In this document: positions 28,869 through 37,909 of the stretch, one piece after another
How the letters are laid out: each line of letters begins with the position of its first letter
How positions within the stretch are numbered: the first letter of the stretch is position 1
DNA from: Fuerstiella sp.
GTDB taxonomy: Bacteria > Planctomycetota > Planctomycetia > Planctomycetales > Planctomycetaceae
Length of the DNA stretch: 64,000 nt
Direction: 5' to 3'
NCBI GenBank assembly: GCA_039831575.1
Contig: JBDONA010001078.1
Location: forward strand, 135 to 64,134
Translations under genes and position numbers: made by a program
Notes under the pieces: model-generated
Told to the model about the DNA's origin: nothing
Database searches by the model: none
Seen by the model: the letters and a program-made list of their open reading frames with translations, nothing else

Positions 28869-29252
28869 ATGAATGGTCGGTCGCTGATTTTTGTTTACGG
28901 TTCGCTGAAGCGGGGGTTCGCTCTTCACCGTCATTTGTTACGACAGGAGTTCGTCGCTACCGGGGTAACGTGGCCGAGTTATCGTTTGTTCGATTGTGGT
29001 GTGTATCCGGCGATGGTGAAGGTGGCGGTCGATGGCGTATCTGTCAAGGGTGAAGTGTTCAGTGTTGACCAGGAATGCCTGTTACGACTGGACAAGATCG
29101 AAGGTGTTGCAGAGGGACTGTACGTTCGTGACCTGGTGCATCTTTGTCCGCCGTTTGAAGCATCCCCGACGGTCGCCTGGTTCTTTGTTCCGCCGACGTT
29201 GGGGCTTTCGGATTGCCGTTCAGAGTGGCCTGCCGAAAAAGGCCACAACTGA
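28869..29252 (+). CDS. gamma-glutamylcyclotransferase (AIG2/GGACT-like)
   Basis: ATG 28869 ('MNGRSLIFVYGSLKRGFALHRHL', the YGSL-K-G motif). The track ORF starts at ATG 28836. Confidence 0.8.
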   Translation: MNGRSLIFVYGSLKRGFALHRHLLRQEFVATGVTWPSYRLFDCGVYPAMVKVAVDGVSVKGEVFSVDQECLLRLDKIEGVAEGLYVRDLVHLCPPFEASPTVAWFFVPPTLGLSDCRSEWPAEKGHN

Positions 29253-29258
29253 ATAGTT

Positions 29259-29828
29259 ATGATGGCGCGTTATTACAAGTTGATGTTTGCCGTCTGTCTT
29301 GTGGCACTCTGTTGGTACGGCATGATGGCTATCCACGAGTTGGGTCACGTCATCGGGGCGTGGGCGACCGGCGGCAGTGTGACGCGCGTTATGCTACACC
29401 CTCTGTCCATCTCGCGAACCGATGTTTCGCCGAATCCGTCACCCGGCATCGTTGTTTGGCTGGGGCCTGTCGTCGGTTCGTTATTGCCGCTGCTATTGCC
29501 GACTATGCTGAGCCGTCGGGGAAGTCTTCGAAACGTCGTTCGATTCTTTGCTGGTTTCTGCCTGATCGCCAACGGTGCGTACATTTCCGTTGGTTCATGG
29601 GATGGCATCGGCGACAGCGGGCAGATGCTGCAATGTGGCGCACCCGTTTGGATGTTGGTCGCGTTTGGAGCGGTCACAGTACCGGGCGGCCTGATGATCT
29701 GGCATCGGCTGGGTTCCGTGCGACAATTCTTTGCCGTCGAAACGACAGTAACTCCAATGACGGTGTATGCGACCGTCATTGCGTTGTCTCTGCTGCTGCT
29801 GGCAGAGTTGGCTCTGTTTCCGAAGTAA
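29259..29828 (+). CDS. M50B-like membrane protein with HExxH in TM1
   Basis: 'GMMAIHELGHVIGAWATGG' within the first hydrophobic helix. About 5 TM segments. Starts 6 nt after the GGCT stop. Confidence 0.7.
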   Translation: MMARYYKLMFAVCLVALCWYGMMAIHELGHVIGAWATGGSVTRVMLHPLSISRTDVSPNPSPGIVVWLGPVVGSLLPLLLPTMLSRRGSLRNVVRFFAGFCLIANGAYISVGSWDGIGDSGQMLQCGAPVWMLVAFGAVTVPGGLMIWHRLGSVRQFFAVETTVTPMTVYATVIALSLLLLAELALFPK

Positions 29829-30427
29829 CACGGCTCCCGGGGGGTATCGGGGGAAATGAGACGGCGCCGACTGCACTGCACTGCAATCGAGCGCTCGCAG
29901 AGCACAGACATCGCGAAAGAGAACAGCAATTTGCGATATTGCAACGAGAATGTGCCAACGATGAACAAACGCGCTACATCGTCGCTGCGACAGATCACTA
30001 CGAATCCGGACCAGGCAATGTTTTGACGCCTGTTGTGGCTTCCTTTCGGCGATTCCTGCGGACTTCTGTTTTGCCACCACCGGCGGTTCCCGTGCTGGCG
30101 AAATGTCTGTTCGGCAGGCCGTGCCGAACGATCACCGGGTCACAGCGAATCGAAAAAAATACGGGACACATCGCTTTCTGTCGTATTGACGCTTGTGGAA
30201 ATGTCCGGTTATCAATCGCACTTGCACCATTTTTACGTGTCCGTTTGGTCGCGTTTGCGGGATGGTGTGACGGTGTTCTTCCGAGTAAGGCAGGATCCGT
30301 CAGACACGACTTAAACGTCAGTTACCACAGTTTCACAGATAGCACGTCATTCGATTCCGAATGGCGACCGACAGTGTGCAGAAATCACGACGATTCTGCT
30401 GTGCCTGTTTTCAAGGAGGACGTCCAA

Positions 30428-33400
30428 GTGCATAAGGCCATTGGATTCATCGCGTGCGTTTCGGTGATGGCCGCTTCGCTGTATCTCTTCAGCGGCGGTG
30501 ACCCATCACGTGTCCTGTCAGCCCAGACCGAGTCCGAATCTCCGGACAGTTACGGTTCGGTTGCCAGGCGTTTCATGAACGACGCCCGACAGGCGGCGAA
30601 GCAAGGCGATGTCCGTCAGGCTCGGCGACTTGCCGAGACAGCTGCCTCATTGTCGGCCAGCTGGCAGCCCGGCGAACAGACGCCTCAAAAGTTCCTCGCA
30701 GAACTGGATGTGAAGGCCGGACGGTCTGACAACCCCTGGGATCTGGATGCGGCCTCTGCCTGGCCCAGTCTTGATTCTGCGGAATCAGATGACGCTGCTG
30801 CAGCCAACGCGTTCGCACCAGCCAACGCAAACACGGCAGACGCGGAATCAATTCCGAAAGACGCCAGCATCGGATTGATCAACAAGCATCAGGCTCAGAA
30901 GCTGATGCAGGAAGGCCACAAGGCTTTGGCAGCCGGAGACACAGCAGTTGCCCGGACGCGAGCCATGCAGGCGAGAACGATGAAGGTCTCATGGGGGCTG
31001 TGGGACGAACGTCCCAATCATCTGCTCGCGGAAATCGATCGCGTTGAAGGAACCACCACATTCTTCGCTGAACCCGCCCCAGCGGCCGATGGAACCACGT
31101 CCGGTACTCCGCAGCATGCCGACCAGGTTTATCAGCAGGCAAAATTACTTGTTGAAAACGCACGTGCGGCCATCTCTGCCGGCAGGTTGCAGGAGGCCAG
31201 CGATCTTGCAAATCAGGCCGAATCACTGAACGCGTCATACGGCCTGTTCGAAGACAGTCCGCTGTTGGTCAGAAAAGACATTGCACGGCTTACACAACCG
31301 GGCTTTGCTCCGACGGGTGTCTTCCCGGAAAACAGTAACGGCGTATCGACGGTATCCGCGGACGAACAAACCGCTCGTGCTCTGGTCGACGAAGCGCGCC
31401 GCGATTTGCTGCAGGGCAGACTTGCTGCTGCTCGCGACAAAGCAGAACAGGCTCGAAATCTGAATACTACCTGGTCTCTGCTGGACGACCGTCCAGCGCT
31501 GATTCTTGCGGAAGTCGACCTGGCTTTGGCCGGACAGGATTTTCGTGGGCAGTCCGACTTAAATTCGATGGCAGCCAGTGAACAGCCCTTTCCACCGATT
31601 TACGACAATTCAGCAGCTGAGCAGGTTTTCGGGACTCTTGATTCAGGATTCAGCAGCCCTGCACCACGCGGTCCCGTCGACGTGACGCCGCAGCAGGCTC
31701 CCAATCCGTTCGCCGATGAAAATGGCTTCGCCACGTTTGAAAATGCTTTCCTTTCTCAGCCAGTGTCTGTTGTTCATCCAACGGGCACATCTGCGGAAGC
31801 TTCGATGCAACACGGCATTGCCCTGTTGCTGAACGGCGACCACGTTGCTGGCCGGGAAGCTTTAACACAGGGATGGAGCAATGCCGGACAGCTGGATGCC
31901 GGACGACGTCAAACGCTGCAACAGGTCTCTGCCAACGATGGCGTGGCTTTGACCCCAAACGCTCAGCCGCAGGAACAGACAACTCCGGCGATCACGATTC
32001 CAGGTATGGATGCGATGGCAGAAACGGATCCATTGGAAAGTGCTACAAACCAGCTGGACGTTCGAATCACACGACTGCGAACCGAAGTCCTGAACTCTGT
32101 CTTTCGGGCAGAAAAGCTGAAGGACCAGAATGCTATCGAGGCCCTGGAGATTCTGGATCGAACGCTCGCGACTGTCGAAGCGACGGACCTTCCAGAAGAA
32201 TCGGTTAAGGTCCTGGCCAGCCATGTCCAGCGAGCTCAGCAGAACATTCGTACATACATGGAGCAACGTGCTCCGATTCTTGCCAACGAGGAACGCAATC
32301 GTAACGTTAAGGAGCAGATCGAGAGGCAGATTGACAATCAGATTCGCATTGAGCAGGAGTTTGCAGATCTGACCGGGCAGTTCAATGACCTGATGCGACA
32401 GCGACGGTATGCCGAAGCGGAACTCGTCGGCAAGAAAGCTCGGGATCTGAACCCCAATCTGCCACAGGCGGTGATCATGGTCGAGAAAGCCAAACTGCGG
32501 CGACAGATTGCCTTCAATGAGCAGCTGAAAGAAGACAAGGCTGCTGGATTTCTTGACGTGATGAACGGTGTGGAACTGTCGGCCATTCCGTTTGGCGGTG
32601 AATACGAGCTGGGCAAAAGCTGGCAGGAAATCAAGAAGCGTCGCGCCAAATACGATCGTGCCGATTCTCGCACTCGCACTGAGAGCGAACTCAGGATCGA
32701 AAAGAGTCTCGGTGAAGTCATTTCACTGCATTTCCACGACGTACCCATGACGGACATTATTCGTCACATCGCCACGACTCACGGCATCAACATCGCATTG
32801 GATACTCGAGCTATCGAAACAGACGGGCTGCTGCCGAATCAGGCAGTCAGTATCGACGTTGACGGCATTACTTTGCGAAGTGCGTTGAACCTGCTGCTTG
32901 ATCAGGCGGGTGGTCTTGTTTACGACATCGAAGACGAAGTTCTGAAGATTACCAATCGTCTGGAAAAAGAGTCCAAGTACTCTGCCATTGTCTACAATGT
33001 CGCCGACCTTGTCGTGCCAGTGAGTCTGGATCGAACACCCGGCACATTCGACAACCCTGCAATGCTGGGTGGCAACGGCTTCGCTGGTAGCGGTCTGTTC
33101 CAGGTGAATGACGATTTGACTGTTGGCATCGGCGGCAATGGCATGCCTCGTCGCGGTGGCACATCGGGACGCAGCAACGACCGCGGTATCGATTTTTCAA
33201 GTCTGATTGACCTGATCACAACAACTGTGGAACCAGGAACCTGGGATCTGGACGGCGGTTCCGGACGTGCCGAGGGCAATGAGAATACGCTCAGTCTGGT
33301 GATTCGCCAGACGCCGGCCGTGCATGATCAGATCGTCGATCTGCTTGGTCAGCTGCGAAAACTTCAGGACCTGCAGGTGACGGTTGAAGTTCGCTTTGTC

Positions 33401-34618
33401 AGCGTGACGGACCGATTCTTCGAGCGTATCGGCGTCGACTTCGACTTCAATATTCAGGACAATCTTGGTGATCCTCCTGGTGTGCCAGCGTTCGGTTCTC
33501 GCCAACTTCAGTTGCCGGGTGGTCAGGGCGGCGGCGGCGGCGGTGGCGGCGGCGGACAGCAGGGAGACCTTCGCGGTGGTCAGCAGGGCGGCGGCGGACA
33601 GCAGGGTCAGCAGGGTCAGCAGGGTGCTGCCACGGGCCTCTTCGATACGATACAGCGAGTTAACTCGCCACGAGACGACTTTAGCGGGAACGTCGTGGGG
33701 CTGGCCAGTCCCGATGCGTTTACCCAGGACTACGACATTCAGTTTCGCCAGGGATCATTCGAACTTGGTGTGCCGGACTTCGGCAACTTCAATCCGGATG
33801 CCGGAATTCAGGTTGGGATGGCCATCCTGAGCGACCTGGAAGCATTCTTCTTCATTCAGGCAGCACAGGCGGATGAAAGGGCCAACATTCTGTTTGCTCC
33901 GAAGGTCACTCTGTTCAACGGACAGCTGGCAACCATTACTGACGCGACCACACGGCCGTTCGTGATCGGGTTGATTCCGGTCGTCGGTACCGGGTCCGTC
34001 GGCTTCCAGCCGATCATCCAGCCTGTCTCAGAAGGTATTAACCTGACGGTCGTTGCTGTGATTTCTGCAGACCGACGTTTCGTTCGATTGTCTCTTGCAC
34101 CTCAGTTCAACAACATTGTCGACGTCTTCACCTTCTCCTTTGCCAGCGGTGGTGCTGGCGGCGGTGCCATCGGTGGTCAGCAGGGTGGTGGTCAGCAGGG
34201 TGGTGGTCAGCAGGGTGGTGGTGGCGGCCAGTTTGGCGGCGGCTTCGGCGGCATCGGCGGTGGCCAGGGTGGCCAGGGTGGCCAGGGTGGCCAGCAGGGT
34301 CAGCAGGGTCAGCAGGGTCAGCAGGGTGCTGGTGGCGGAACGCTGACTGTGCAACAGCCTGTCGTGGAACAGATCAGTGTGTCCACGACCGTTAGCGTAC
34401 CGGATGGAGGAACCGTGCTTCTTGGAGGCATTAAGCGGCTCCGTGAAGGTCGCAATATGGCTGGTGTGCCGATTCTGAATAAGATTCCGTACATCAGTCG
34501 TCTGTTCAAGAACAGTGGCGTGGGCCGAGAAACGGAAAGCGTGATGTTAATGGTCACTCCGCGAATCATTATCCACGAAGAGGAGGAAGAACTGATCCTT
34601 GGAACTTCGGGCTTCTAA
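30428..34618 (+). CDS. giant secretin-family outer-membrane channel protein (type II/III secretion system protein family)
   Basis: GTG 30428 lies 7 nt after AAGGAGGA (30413-30420). N-terminal anchor 'KAIGFIACVSVMAASLYLF'. N0/STN-like 'ISLHFHDVPMTDIIRHIATTHGINIALD'. Secretin C-domain 'VTVEVRFVSV...GGTVLLGGIKRLREGRNMAGVPILNKIPYISRLFKN...LMVTPRII'. Confidence 0.85.
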   Translation: MHKAIGFIACVSVMAASLYLFSGGDPSRVLSAQTESESPDSYGSVARRFMNDARQAAKQGDVRQARRLAETAASLSASWQPGEQTPQKFLAELDVKAGRSDNPWDLDAASAWPSLDSAESDDAAAANAFAPANANTADAESIPKDASIGLINKHQAQKLMQEGHKALAAGDTAVARTRAMQARTMKVSWGLWDERPNHLLAEIDRVEGTTTFFAEPAPAADGTTSGTPQHADQVYQQAKLLVENARAAISAGRLQEASDLANQAESLNASYGLFEDSPLLVRKDIARLTQPGFAPTGVFPENSNGVSTVSADEQTARALVDEARRDLLQGRLAAARDKAEQARNLNTTWSLLDDRPALILAEVDLALAGQDFRGQSDLNSMAASEQPFPPIYDNSAAEQVFGTLDSGFSSPAPRGPVDVTPQQAPNPFADENGFATFENAFLSQPVSVVHPTGTSAEASMQHGIALLLNGDHVAGREALTQGWSNAGQLDAGRRQTLQQVSANDGVALTPNAQPQEQTTPAITIPGMDAMAETDPLESATNQLDVRITRLRTEVLNSVFRAEKLKDQNAIEALEILDRTLATVEATDLPEESVKVLASHVQRAQQNIRTYMEQRAPILANEERNRNVKEQIERQIDNQIRIEQEFADLTGQFNDLMRQRRYAEAELVGKKARDLNPNLPQAVIMVEKAKLRRQIAFNEQLKEDKAAGFLDVMNGVELSAIPFGGEYELGKSWQEIKKRRAKYDRADSRTRTESELRIEKSLGEVISLHFHDVPMTDIIRHIATTHGINIALDTRAIETDGLLPNQAVSIDVDGITLRSALNLLLDQAGGLVYDIEDEVLKITNRLEKESKYSAIVYNVADLVVPVSLDRTPGTFDNPAMLGGNGFAGSGLFQVNDDLTVGIGGNGMPRRGGTSGRSNDRGIDFSSLIDLITTTVEPGTWDLDGGSGRAEGNENTLSLVIRQTPAVHDQIVDLLGQLRKLQDLQVTVEVRFVSVTDRFFERIGVDFDFNIQDNLGDPPGVPAFGSRQLQLPGGQGGGGGGGGGGQQGDLRGGQQGGGGQQGQQGQQGAATGLFDTIQRVNSPRDDFSGNVVGLASPDAFTQDYDIQFRQGSFELGVPDFGNFNPDAGIQVGMAILSDLEAFFFIQAAQADERANILFAPKVTLFNGQLATITDATTRPFVIGLIPVVGTGSVGFQPIIQPVSEGINLTVVAVISADRRFVRLSLAPQFNNIVDVFTFSFASGGAGGGAIGGQQGGGQQGGGQQGGGGGQFGGGFGGIGGGQGGQGGQGGQQGQQGQQGQQGAGGGTLTVQQPVVEQISVSTTVSVPDGGTVLLGGIKRLREGRNMAGVPILNKIPYISRLFKNSGVGRETESVMLMVTPRIIIHEEEEELILGTSGF
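33518..33625 (+). repeat. Gly/Gln-coding low-complexity tract 1 inside the secretin gene
   Basis: Encodes 'GGQGGGGGGGGGGQQGDLRGGQQGGGGQQGQQGQQG'. Includes three perfect CAGCAGGGT units (33599-33625). Confidence 0.9.
34148..34339 (+). repeat. Gly/Gln-coding microsatellite tract 2 inside the secretin gene
   Basis: Three perfect 15-nt units GGTGGTCAGCAGGGT (34172-34216), three perfect GGCCAGGGT units (34262-34288) and four perfect CAGCAGGGT units (34292-34327). Confidence 0.9.
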
Positions 34619-34766
34619 CCGAAGGTGATGTCGGTCTGGCCTTGCGGGACCGAACCGACATTTATCCCGTCCGGCACAGGTGCGGTCTGTCCGGACGGGA
34701 CAAAGCCTTTCTTACGGAGTCGTTCCTCGCTGCTCTTTAGATTCTAAAGTGGCAGTTGTGGGGTCC

Positions 34767-34805
34767 GGTCGTCACGAAATGCGGGTTTCGTGACGACCTT
34801 TTTTT
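34767..34805 (+). terminator. intrinsic terminator downstream of the secretin gene
   Basis: Perfect 13-bp stem GGTCGTCACGAAA / TTTCGTGACGACC, 6-nt loop, then seven T (34799-34805). Confidence 0.75.
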
Positions 34806-34974
34806 GCGCGCTGACAAAAGGCTGCTGTTTCTCCCGGCCACCTCACCCAGTCGGAGGCACACGCTGATTGTCGTTCGAGATCTTCGCTGCCGCGTCACGC
34901 CGCCGAGATGCCGATGGGGCGAGACCAGAGAACTGCGTCCGAACGCGACCGACGGCAGGAATGTACGCCGTCGA

Positions 34975-37611
34975 TTATGCCAGTTGTTCTTTGAACACCG
35001 CGGCACCGGCGGCGATGGCATCGTCGATTTTGTCGACCAACCTGGCACCGGCTTCCGCCATGTCCGGCCGACCTCCGCCACCGCCACCAGCAATCTGAGC
35101 GGCTGCTTTCACGGCGTGGCCGGCATTCAGTCTCCTGTCCTTGACCAGCGGTTTACTGACTGCCGCAATCAGCGCCACTTTGCCGTCGATTTCTGCAGCC
35201 AGGATGACGGCGACGGGGCTGTGTTTATCGCGCAGCTGATCCACGAAGTCGCGGAGAGTTTCGCGAGTGACATTCTCCAGCTTCTTTGCAACGACCTTCA
35301 CACCGCCGACATCTTCAGCCGCAGCAACGACGTCACCGATCGCGTCGGATACCGATGCTTTGGACAATTCGCTCAGTTGTCTGTTCAGCTCCTTGATCTG
35401 CAACTGCAACGCGTCCACACGAACAGGCAGGTCTGCTGCCCTATTTGTTTTCAACTGTCGCTGCAGCTGAGCGATTAACTCATCTGTTTCACGCCCCTTC
35501 TGCAGTGCTTTGGGCCCCGTGACTGCCGTGATGCGGCGAACGCCTTTGGCGACCGGCTCTTCTGAGGTGATGCGGCATAAGCCGACCTGCCCGGTATTTG
35601 TCAGATGCGTGCCACCGCACAATTCAGCGCTGAAGTCGCCCATCGTGACGACTCGCACTTCGTCCGGATACTTTTCACCGAATAATGCCATTGCACCGCG
35701 CTCGCGCGCTTCCTTAATCGGCAACAGTTCGGTTTTGACGTCAGAACCATTCACGATCTGAGCATTGATGATGTCTTCGACCTGGTGAAGTTGTGCGGGC
35801 GTCAGGGCCTGTTTGTGAGCGAAGTCAAACCTCAGCGCATCGTCTTCAACCTTCGAACCACGTTGTGTCGCGTTTTCGCCGATTGTCTCGTGCAGGGCAT
35901 GATGCAGAATGTGAGTGGCCGAGTGGGCACGTCGAATTCCACCGCGGCGTGCCTGGTCGACTTCGGCAGTCACCGTATCGCCCACAGAAAGACTGCCCTG
36001 TTGCAGCCGCCCTTCCAGTACAAACAGCGTCTGCTGATGCTTTTGGCTGTCGGTTATCAGCACCTCAATGCCGTCCGCGAACAAGCGGCCTGTGTCACCC
36101 ACCTGGCCGCCGGATTCGCCGTAGAAAGGTGTACCGTCCAGCACGATGCCGACCGGACCGGCAAAGTCCGCCGGTACTGCTGTAACCGCCTGATCTTCGA
36201 TAATCAGACCGACCACCGTGCATTCGGCTGTCGTTGAATCGTAGCCCCGAAACTCTGTGTCGCCGTGTTCTTTGCGCAGCAGATCCAGTGGCCCCGCTGC
36301 CATGACTGAAATCGTCTTGCCGCCGCGACTGATATCTTCGTGCTCGCTCATTCGTTCTCGGAACGCCTTCATGTCGACGCTCAGGTTGCGGTCCGCCGCA
36401 ATGGCTTCTGTCAGCTCGATCAGAAAACCGTCTTCGGTGTGCAGCGTAAACGCGTCATCGCCGTTGATGACCTTGCTGCCCGTCGATTTCGCAGCATCGG
36501 CATAACGATCGAATCGGCTGAGGCCTCGGTCGATCGTGCCCAGGAACTGTTCTTCTTCTTCCTTCATGCTGTTCTGCACACTGTCCACTGTTTCCGCGAT
36601 TTCCGGGTAAGCCCCTTTCATCACATCAACGACGGCAGGCACGACTTTGTACAGGAAGGGATCTTTCCGTCCCAGCAGATATCCTTCCAGCAGGGCTCGC
36701 CGCACCAACTGGCGAATGACGTAATTCTCTTTTTCCTTATCGGGCATAACGCCTTCGTGCATGGCAAACGTGGCTGCACGAACGTGGTCAGCGATCCGAC
36801 GTACAGCTCGACCTGACGGTGCATCGAATTCGTACTTCACGCCGACGATTTCGCCGGCTGCCAAACACAGAGGTTTCAGCACATCGTTTTCGAAATTGCT
36901 CAGAACACCCTGCAGCACGGCCGCCGTTCGTTCCAGCCCCATGCCCGTATCGATGTTCTTTGAAGGCAGCGGCCGTAGATTGTCCGGGGGGGCACCAACG
37001 CGGTTAAACTGTGTGAAGACCAGATTCCAGATTTCGACATCGCCGTCCACGCCGGGCGGGTGGTAAAAGATTTCACTGCACGGGCCGCAAACGCCGTCAG
37101 GACCATCGCTGGGCGCGCTGGCCGGCCAGTAGTTTTCGTCTTCTTCCAGGCAGGCGATGCGGTCCGACGACAGACCGACTTCATCTTTCCAGATGTTGAA
37201 CGCCTCTTCGTCAAAGCCCCACTTTCCTTTGTACACGCTGACGGTCAGTCGGTCCTTATCCAGTCCCAGCCACTTTGAATCCGTCAGAAATTCCCACGCC
37301 CAGTGAATCGCATCGCGCTTGAAGTAGTCCCCAAACGAAAAGTTGCCGAGCATCTCGAAGAAGGTGTGATGGTAGGCCGTGACTCCGACGTTGCTGATGT
37401 CGCCGGTGCGCAGACACTTCTGGCAGGTGGTCGCGGCCGCGAAATCCAGCTTGCCAATTCCCATGAACTCGTTCTTGAACTGGTTCATGCCCGCCGGGGT
37501 GAATAACACCGTGGGGTCGTCCTTAGGCACCAACACGTCGCTTGGTCGGCGTACGCAGCCTTTGGTTTCAAAGAACGAAAGATATTTTTCGCGAAGTTCG
37601 TCGGTTTTCAT
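34975..37611 (-). CDS. alaS: alanine--tRNA ligase
   Basis: 878 aa. '[15 protein letters not shown]', '[10 protein letters not shown]', editing-domain '[11 protein letters not shown]', C-terminal '[13 protein letters not shown]'. Confidence 0.97.
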   Translation of the reverse strand: MKTDELREKYLSFFETKGCVRRPSDVLVPKDDPTVLFTPAGMNQFKNEFMGIGKLDFAAATTCQKCLRTGDISNVGVTAYHHTFFEMLGNFSFGDYFKRDAIHWAWEFLTDSKWLGLDKDRLTVSVYKGKWGFDEEAFNIWKDEVGLSSDRIACLEEDENYWPASAPSDGPDGVCGPCSEIFYHPPGVDGDVEIWNLVFTQFNRVGAPPDNLRPLPSKNIDTGMGLERTAAVLQGVLSNFENDVLKPLCLAAGEIVGVKYEFDAPSGRAVRRIADHVRAATFAMHEGVMPDKEKENYVIRQLVRRALLEGYLLGRKDPFLYKVVPAVVDVMKGAYPEIAETVDSVQNSMKEEEEQFLGTIDRGLSRFDRYADAAKSTGSKVINGDDAFTLHTEDGFLIELTEAIAADRNLSVDMKAFRERMSEHEDISRGGKTISVMAAGPLDLLRKEHGDTEFRGYDSTTAECTVVGLIIEDQAVTAVPADFAGPVGIVLDGTPFYGESGGQVGDTGRLFADGIEVLITDSQKHQQTLFVLEGRLQQGSLSVGDTVTAEVDQARRGGIRRAHSATHILHHALHETIGENATQRGSKVEDDALRFDFAHKQALTPAQLHQVEDIINAQIVNGSDVKTELLPIKEARERGAMALFGEKYPDEVRVVTMGDFSAELCGGTHLTNTGQVGLCRITSEEPVAKGVRRITAVTGPKALQKGRETDELIAQLQRQLKTNRAADLPVRVDALQLQIKELNRQLSELSKASVSDAIGDVVAAAEDVGGVKVVAKKLENVTRETLRDFVDQLRDKHSPVAVILAAEIDGKVALIAAVSKPLVKDRRLNAGHAVKAAAQIAGGGGGGRPDMAEAGARLVDKIDDAIAAGAAVFKEQLA

Positions 37612-37849
37612 TGTCTGGAATCAGTTCTGAGCGTTCGATAGGTACAACCAGCGGTTGATCGTTGTATCGACACCGGAAGCCGGTTTCGGTTCCGCGGGGC
37701 AGAAAAACGTCAGGGTAAACCCACCAGGCGTGCGTAATCTCGGCATGCAAAATGCCGCCTGTGCTGCGGAAGTTTACACAAATACTTTCAGACTGCACGG
37801 TGGGCAGCCCGAAATGTCGGGCACGCAACCAACGGATCCCCAGCGCACA

Positions 37850-37882
37850 GAAAAGGCCGCCGAAGCAGGACATCGGCGGCCT
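37850..37882 (-). terminator. probable intrinsic terminator after recA
   Basis: 10-bp stem AGGCCGCCGA / TCGGCGGCCT (37854-37863 / 37873-37882). On the minus strand it is followed by TTTTC. It lies 28 nt after the recA stop. Confidence 0.55.
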
Positions 37883-37909
37883 GAGTCTGCTGACTTGAAA
37901 AACAGAAGA

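Noticed and set aside
29213-30427. 405-codon in-frame upstream extension of the secretin ORF (the track gives 1,801 aa from 29213).
   Set aside because: The extension is Arg/Cys/His-rich with no hydrophobic or domain-like pattern. It overlaps the well-formed M50B-like gene in another frame. A GTG with a strong AAGGAGGA RBS and a membrane-anchor sequence occurs at 30428.
33518-34339. Short exact tandem repeats that might at first glance suggest a CRISPR or VNTR locus.
   Set aside because: The units are 9-15 nt, contiguous, in frame and inside a secretin CDS. There are no spacers, so it is not a CRISPR array. I report them as coding microsatellites.
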